NCBI RefSeq assembly: GCF_028641065.1
Contig: NW_026576818.1
Location: forward strand, 1 to 64,000
DNA: 64,000 nucleotides
Source of the DNA: Leucoraja erinacea
Lineage: Eukaryota
Direction of reading: 5' to 3'
Shown here: positions 59,609 to 64,000 of the stretch, piece by piece
Position numbering within the stretch: position 1 is the first letter of the stretch
Layout: each line of letters opens with the position of its first letter
The notes under the pieces: model-generated
Told to the model about the DNA's origin: nothing
Database searches by the model: none
The model's input: the letters and a program-made list of their open reading frames with translations, nothing else
Position numbers and translations under genes: made by a program

Positions 59609-61841
59609 TATCCACCCCGCACTGACACACACCCCCTCCATGACCCTATTGTCCTGGAAATGTCTTCAGAGCGAACATTGACTATGTTTGATAACGGAAT
59701 GCAATCAAATGTGTTTTAATTCCCAATTATATTATTTGTTTTAATCCATAAAAATGGATTAATTAAATTGTGAACACGTGAAACATTAAAACCGCAGTGT
59801 TCGATTGTCACTGCTGCCGTTGACACGTTATTACAGAATTCATTTTGCGTCTAGCTTGGCAACCAGATACTGGTTTGTACCGAAGATAGACGCAAAAACT
59901 GGAGTAACTCCACGGGTCCGGCAGCATCTCTGGAGAAAAGGAAATCGAGATTTTGTGACGGTTGTAATGCGTGGGAAAGGTACTAGGTGCGTGGTGACGA
60001 AGGGTCGAAGCGACAGCGGCTCCATCTAATCCTCCCGCACCCCGCCCGCCCTGATAAGGGCTGCTGCTTGCAAACCTGCTTAACGGCGCACTTTCAAAAC
60101 AAACCCTCCCGCACGCCGAGGCCGGGAGGATGGAGGGAGGGGGAGGCCTCGGCGTGCGGGAGGGTTTGTTTTGAAAGTGCGCCGTAAGCAGGTTTGCAAG
60201 CATCGGCCGCTATCAGGGAGGAGGAGGAGATGGAACCGCTGCTGCCGCTGTGTGGGACCCGTCAATCGCTGCGACACTTCTGAAGCAGTTGCACGATAGA
60301 TACTATAGCTTTTGGATCTTTGAGCTGCACCGCTGGGCCCCGCACCGTGTTGTTGGCTGGCGGAGGAGGAAGCCGGTGGCGGTCAAGGCAGCGGGGCGAT
60401 GTCCGAGGAGCGCTGACCCTCCTTCCTCCCCACCGCGCCCCCCCTCTCTCTTGTACGCCCCCACCCCCCTTATCCTGGGACCCCTTCTCTACATCTAGCA
60501 CTGATCTCCATTCCCGCCTCTATTCAGTCCTCACTGACATCCCCTGTGCTCCCCTCTCCCTCTCCCCAACCACCCCCCCCCCCAATTTATTCATCCTGCG
60601 CTGATCACCCTATCCACCTCGCATTGATTCTCCTGCTACTCCTGATTCCCCAATTCACCTTGTACTTGCCCCTTTCCCATCCATCCTGCACTTCTCCTCC
60701 ATCCATCCTGTACTGATCCCCCATCCATCCTGTACTAATCCACGCATTCATCCCGTACTGACCCACCCTCCATTTACCCTGCACCTTCCCCTCATTCATC
60801 CTGTAGCGATCCCCCATTCATTCTGCACAGACCCTCCGATCCACACTGTACTGCCACCCCCCCCCAATTCATGCTGAACTCCTCCCCCCCCACCCATTAA
60901 TCCTGTACTGATCCTCCCATTCAAGAATGGGGGAACAGTTTGAAGAAAGGTCTCGACCCGAAACGTTGCCTATTCCCTTTGCTCCATAGATGCATCCTCA
61001 CCAGCTAAGTTTCTCCAGCACTTGTGTCTACCCCATCCATCCCGTACTGAACCCCCCCATTCAACATCACTGACATCCCCTGTGCTCTCCCCTCACAATT
61101 TTACCTACTCCAACCAACATGTACTAATTCACCAGCCTCAATCCATCCATTCTGCACCGACTGCCTTCTAGCCCCCCCCCCCCCCCCCCCCCCCCCCCTC
61201 CCCTGACCCTATTGTACTGGAAATGTCTTCAGAGCGAACATTGACTATGTTTGATAACGGAATGAAATCAAATGTGTTTTAATTCCCAATGTTATTATTT
61301 GTTTTAATCCATAAAGATGGATTAATTATATTGTGAACATGTGAACACAACATTAAAACCGCAGTATCAATGCTCTTAATATGGAATATCAGTACTGTAG
61401 TTATTTAATGAGCAACATTCACAACTATACGTACGCATATATGTTACCATGGTCCAGGATTTGTTGACACAGGTTGATCATACGCTGAATAATCCAACCA
61501 CATTTTTGTTTGGAAGTTGAAAGAACTAATAGAAATTGCATTAATTGCAATGTGTAAAAAGAGTTGAGATACTGTCTTATAATTTTGCTGTATATAATTG
61601 TGGGATATATCATGTCTTGATTGGTGAATGTTTAGTTTGTGACTTTATTTGAAGCAGAAATAATATGTGAATGCTTCATTGAGTATAATTCCGACTGGTA
61701 ACTACACACTTCGTCCGAGCTTATTATCGCACGCGTCATGCAAGCCATCTTAAATGACCACCTAAACTGTCATTTGGCAACCTAAAAGCTGCCAAGGTTG
61801 CCCGGCTGGCAACAGGGAAAAAAAGTTAAGCGAGAGCCCTG
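58077..61841. mobile_element. Putative non-autonomous hAT-like element containing a diverged tandem duplication of about 1.6 kb
   Basis: Termini CAGGGCTCGAAATTAAC / CAGGGCTCTCGCTTAAC with ttgcccgg/ggcaacc subterminal motifs; units at about 58170-59797 and 59862-61365; TSD not matched. Confidence 0.6.
58624..58651. mobile_element. Putative P-element-type excision footprint (diverged duplicate at 60295-60322)
   Basis: Near-perfect palindrome CAAAGATACTATAG|CTATAGGATCTTTG flanked by the 8-bp repeat AGCTGTAC/AGCTGCAC. Confidence 0.7.
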
Positions 61842-63160
61842 TAAATGTGAGGTTATCCACTTTGGTGGCAAAAACAGTAAGGCAGATTATTATCTGAATG
61901 GTGTCAAGTTGGGGAGAGGGGAAGTACAAGGAGATCTGGGATTCATCACTCATTGAAAGCATGCAGGTACAGCAGGCAGTGAAGAAAGCTAATGGCATGT
62001 TTGCCTACACAACAAGAGGAGTTGAATATAGGTGCAAAGAGGTCCTTCTGCAGTTGTACAGGGCCCCAGTGAGACCACACTTGAGGCAGGAAACATGTTC
62101 CCGATGTTGGGGGAGTTCAAAACCAGGGCCACAGTTCAAGAATAGTTCAAGCCAGTTGAACGAAGATGAGGAAAAACGTTTTTACCTATAGAGTTGCAAA
62201 TCTGTGGAGTTCTCTGCCTCAGAAGGCAGTGGAGGCCAATTTTCTGGATGCTTTCAAGAGAGTTAAATAGCGCTCTGAAAGATAGCAGAGTCAGGGGATA
62301 TGGTGTGAAGGCAGGAAAGGGGTACTGAATGTGGATGATCAGTCGATGTGGCTCGAAGAGCCGAATGGCCTTCTCCTGCACCTATTGTCTATTGAAACCA
62401 CTGGAACCCCTGGGAATATCAACATAGAATGATCCAGCTGGAAAACAGGCCCTTCGACCCAACTCACCATGCTGATTAAGAATATAATCCAACCAAATCC
62501 CATTTCCTCTTATTTGACCCATATCCCTCTAAACCATTCCCATCCATGTACACATCCAAATACATAGATACATAGACAATAGATGCAGGATAATTTTATA
62601 TGCTTCTATAACATCCCCTCTAATCCTTCAAAATTCCAGTGAATACAAGCCCAGTTGCTCAGTTCTTTCATCAGATGACAGTCCCGCCATCCCATGAATT
62701 AATTTTGTGAACCTACGTGGCACTCCCTCAATAGCAAGAATGTCCTTCCTCAAATTAGGAAATGTCCTAATGTCTTAAGTCCTAAAATGTCTTTAAATAT
62801 TGTGATCGTGCCTGCCTGAACTATTTCATCAGTTAACTCGTTCCCTATACCATCACCCTCCACGTGAAAAAAATGGCCCTTGGTTGTCTATTAAATAATT
62901 TCCCGTCTCACTTCAAATCCATGCCCTCCAGTTCTTAATTTTCTGGCAAAAGGACTACATGGGATCACCCTCTCCAAGTCCCTCAGAATTTTATAAAACT
63001 CGAAGACCAATTCTCAGATTTCAACGATCTGAGAAATAAAGTTAGTCCAATCTCACCCCATAACTTCAGGTTCAGAAAACATCCATGTAAATCTCCTCTG
63101 CATTCTTTCCATTTTACTGGCATCTTTCATTTACCTTGGTGACTAAATCTGAACACAATA
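61842..63160. mobile_element. Degraded CR1 fragments (+ to about 62395, then - strand 3' ends)
   Basis: MQVQQAVKKANG and CR1 3' UTR motifs. Confidence 0.7.
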
Positions 63161-63940
63161 CCTTGGCAGCATTCTTTCCTCAAAAGCTGACATCGAATCT
63201 GAGATCAACCATTGCCTGAGTTGTTCCAGCAGAGCCTACACCAGACTCAGGAAAGGTTTTTGAAGACCGAGACCTAAAGGTTCAAACAAAACTGTTGGTC
63301 TACAGAGCCATTGTCCTCTCCACTCTGCTGTATGAAGCCCAGTCATGGACCACCTACAGCAGGCACCTGAGAGCCCTGGAACAATACCATCAAAGATCCT
63401 CACAAAAGATTCTGAGTATCAGCATCAGCATTTTGGAGGAAGCAAACATGACCAACATCACCACCACAATAATGCAGCACCAACTTCGATGGACTGGCCA
63501 TGTCAACCGCATGTCCAACTCACGTCTCCCTAAACAAATCCTGTACTCTCAATGAAAGGAAGGTCGCCGAACCCCCGGCAGGCCAAAGAAATGCTTCAAG
63601 GACAACATCAAGAACAGTCTGAAGAAATTCCACATCACATCGAGCAACTGGGAGCACGTTGCACTGGACAGGTGCTCCTGGAAAAATTCCGTACAGGAAG
63701 GAGCTGCACGTCACGAAATAGAACTGTGCAGTGTCGCAAAAACAAAGCGACAGCACCGTAAGGAGAGAGAGAAGGGGGCTCGACGACTACCAACCACTGC
63801 CAGACTCCACTGCCCGCGGTGCAAAAGGTGTGTGGATTGCGGATCGGCCTCTACAGACATCTGCAGACCCACAAGTAGACGACCAAATGGAGAGAGGACA
63901 GTCATACTCGTTTCGTGTGACCACTGATATGATGATGAGA
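63160..63940 (+). mobile_element. RTE-clade LINE 3' end
   Basis: VYRAIVLSTLLY...QLRWTGHV.RM..SRLPKQILY; gatgatga-type tail. Confidence 0.85.
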
Positions 63941-64000
63941 TGGGGAAAGAGGTGGGCATGCACACAGAGGGCCAATGTTTCCCTTTCTGGGCTGCAACCT

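Overview
Eukaryotic, vertebrate, TE-saturated genomic DNA, most likely a cartilaginous fish (skate/ray/shark; inferred from HE1/V-SINE-like SINEs, the CR1/Penelope families and the divergent H1). Host genes form a dispersed replication-dependent histone cluster: intact H2B (+) and H1 (-) with stem-loops, a 3'-truncated H2A and a disrupted H4. There is also a frameshifted C2H2 zinc-finger gene of about 20 fingers and a paralogous exon remnant. The rest is nested mobile DNA: two BEL/Pao elements, two head-to-head DIRS1 elements (one structurally complete with ITRs/ICR and split by a tandemly duplicated chromoviral Gypsy), many CR1 LINEs, Penelope fragments with minimal hammerhead-ribozyme cores, Rex1, RTE and L2-group fragments, a non-autonomous Helitron, and Tc1/Tigger-like and hAT-like non-autonomous elements. 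Three assembly gaps are present. The most notable signal is a recurring 28-bp palindromic CAAAGAT...ATCTTTG remnant with target duplications that resembles a P-element-type excision footprint. Two such remnants disable and apparently inverted the H4 gene. All calls were made by eye from the sequence and ORF track; no databases were searched, and boundaries of degraded repeats are approximate.
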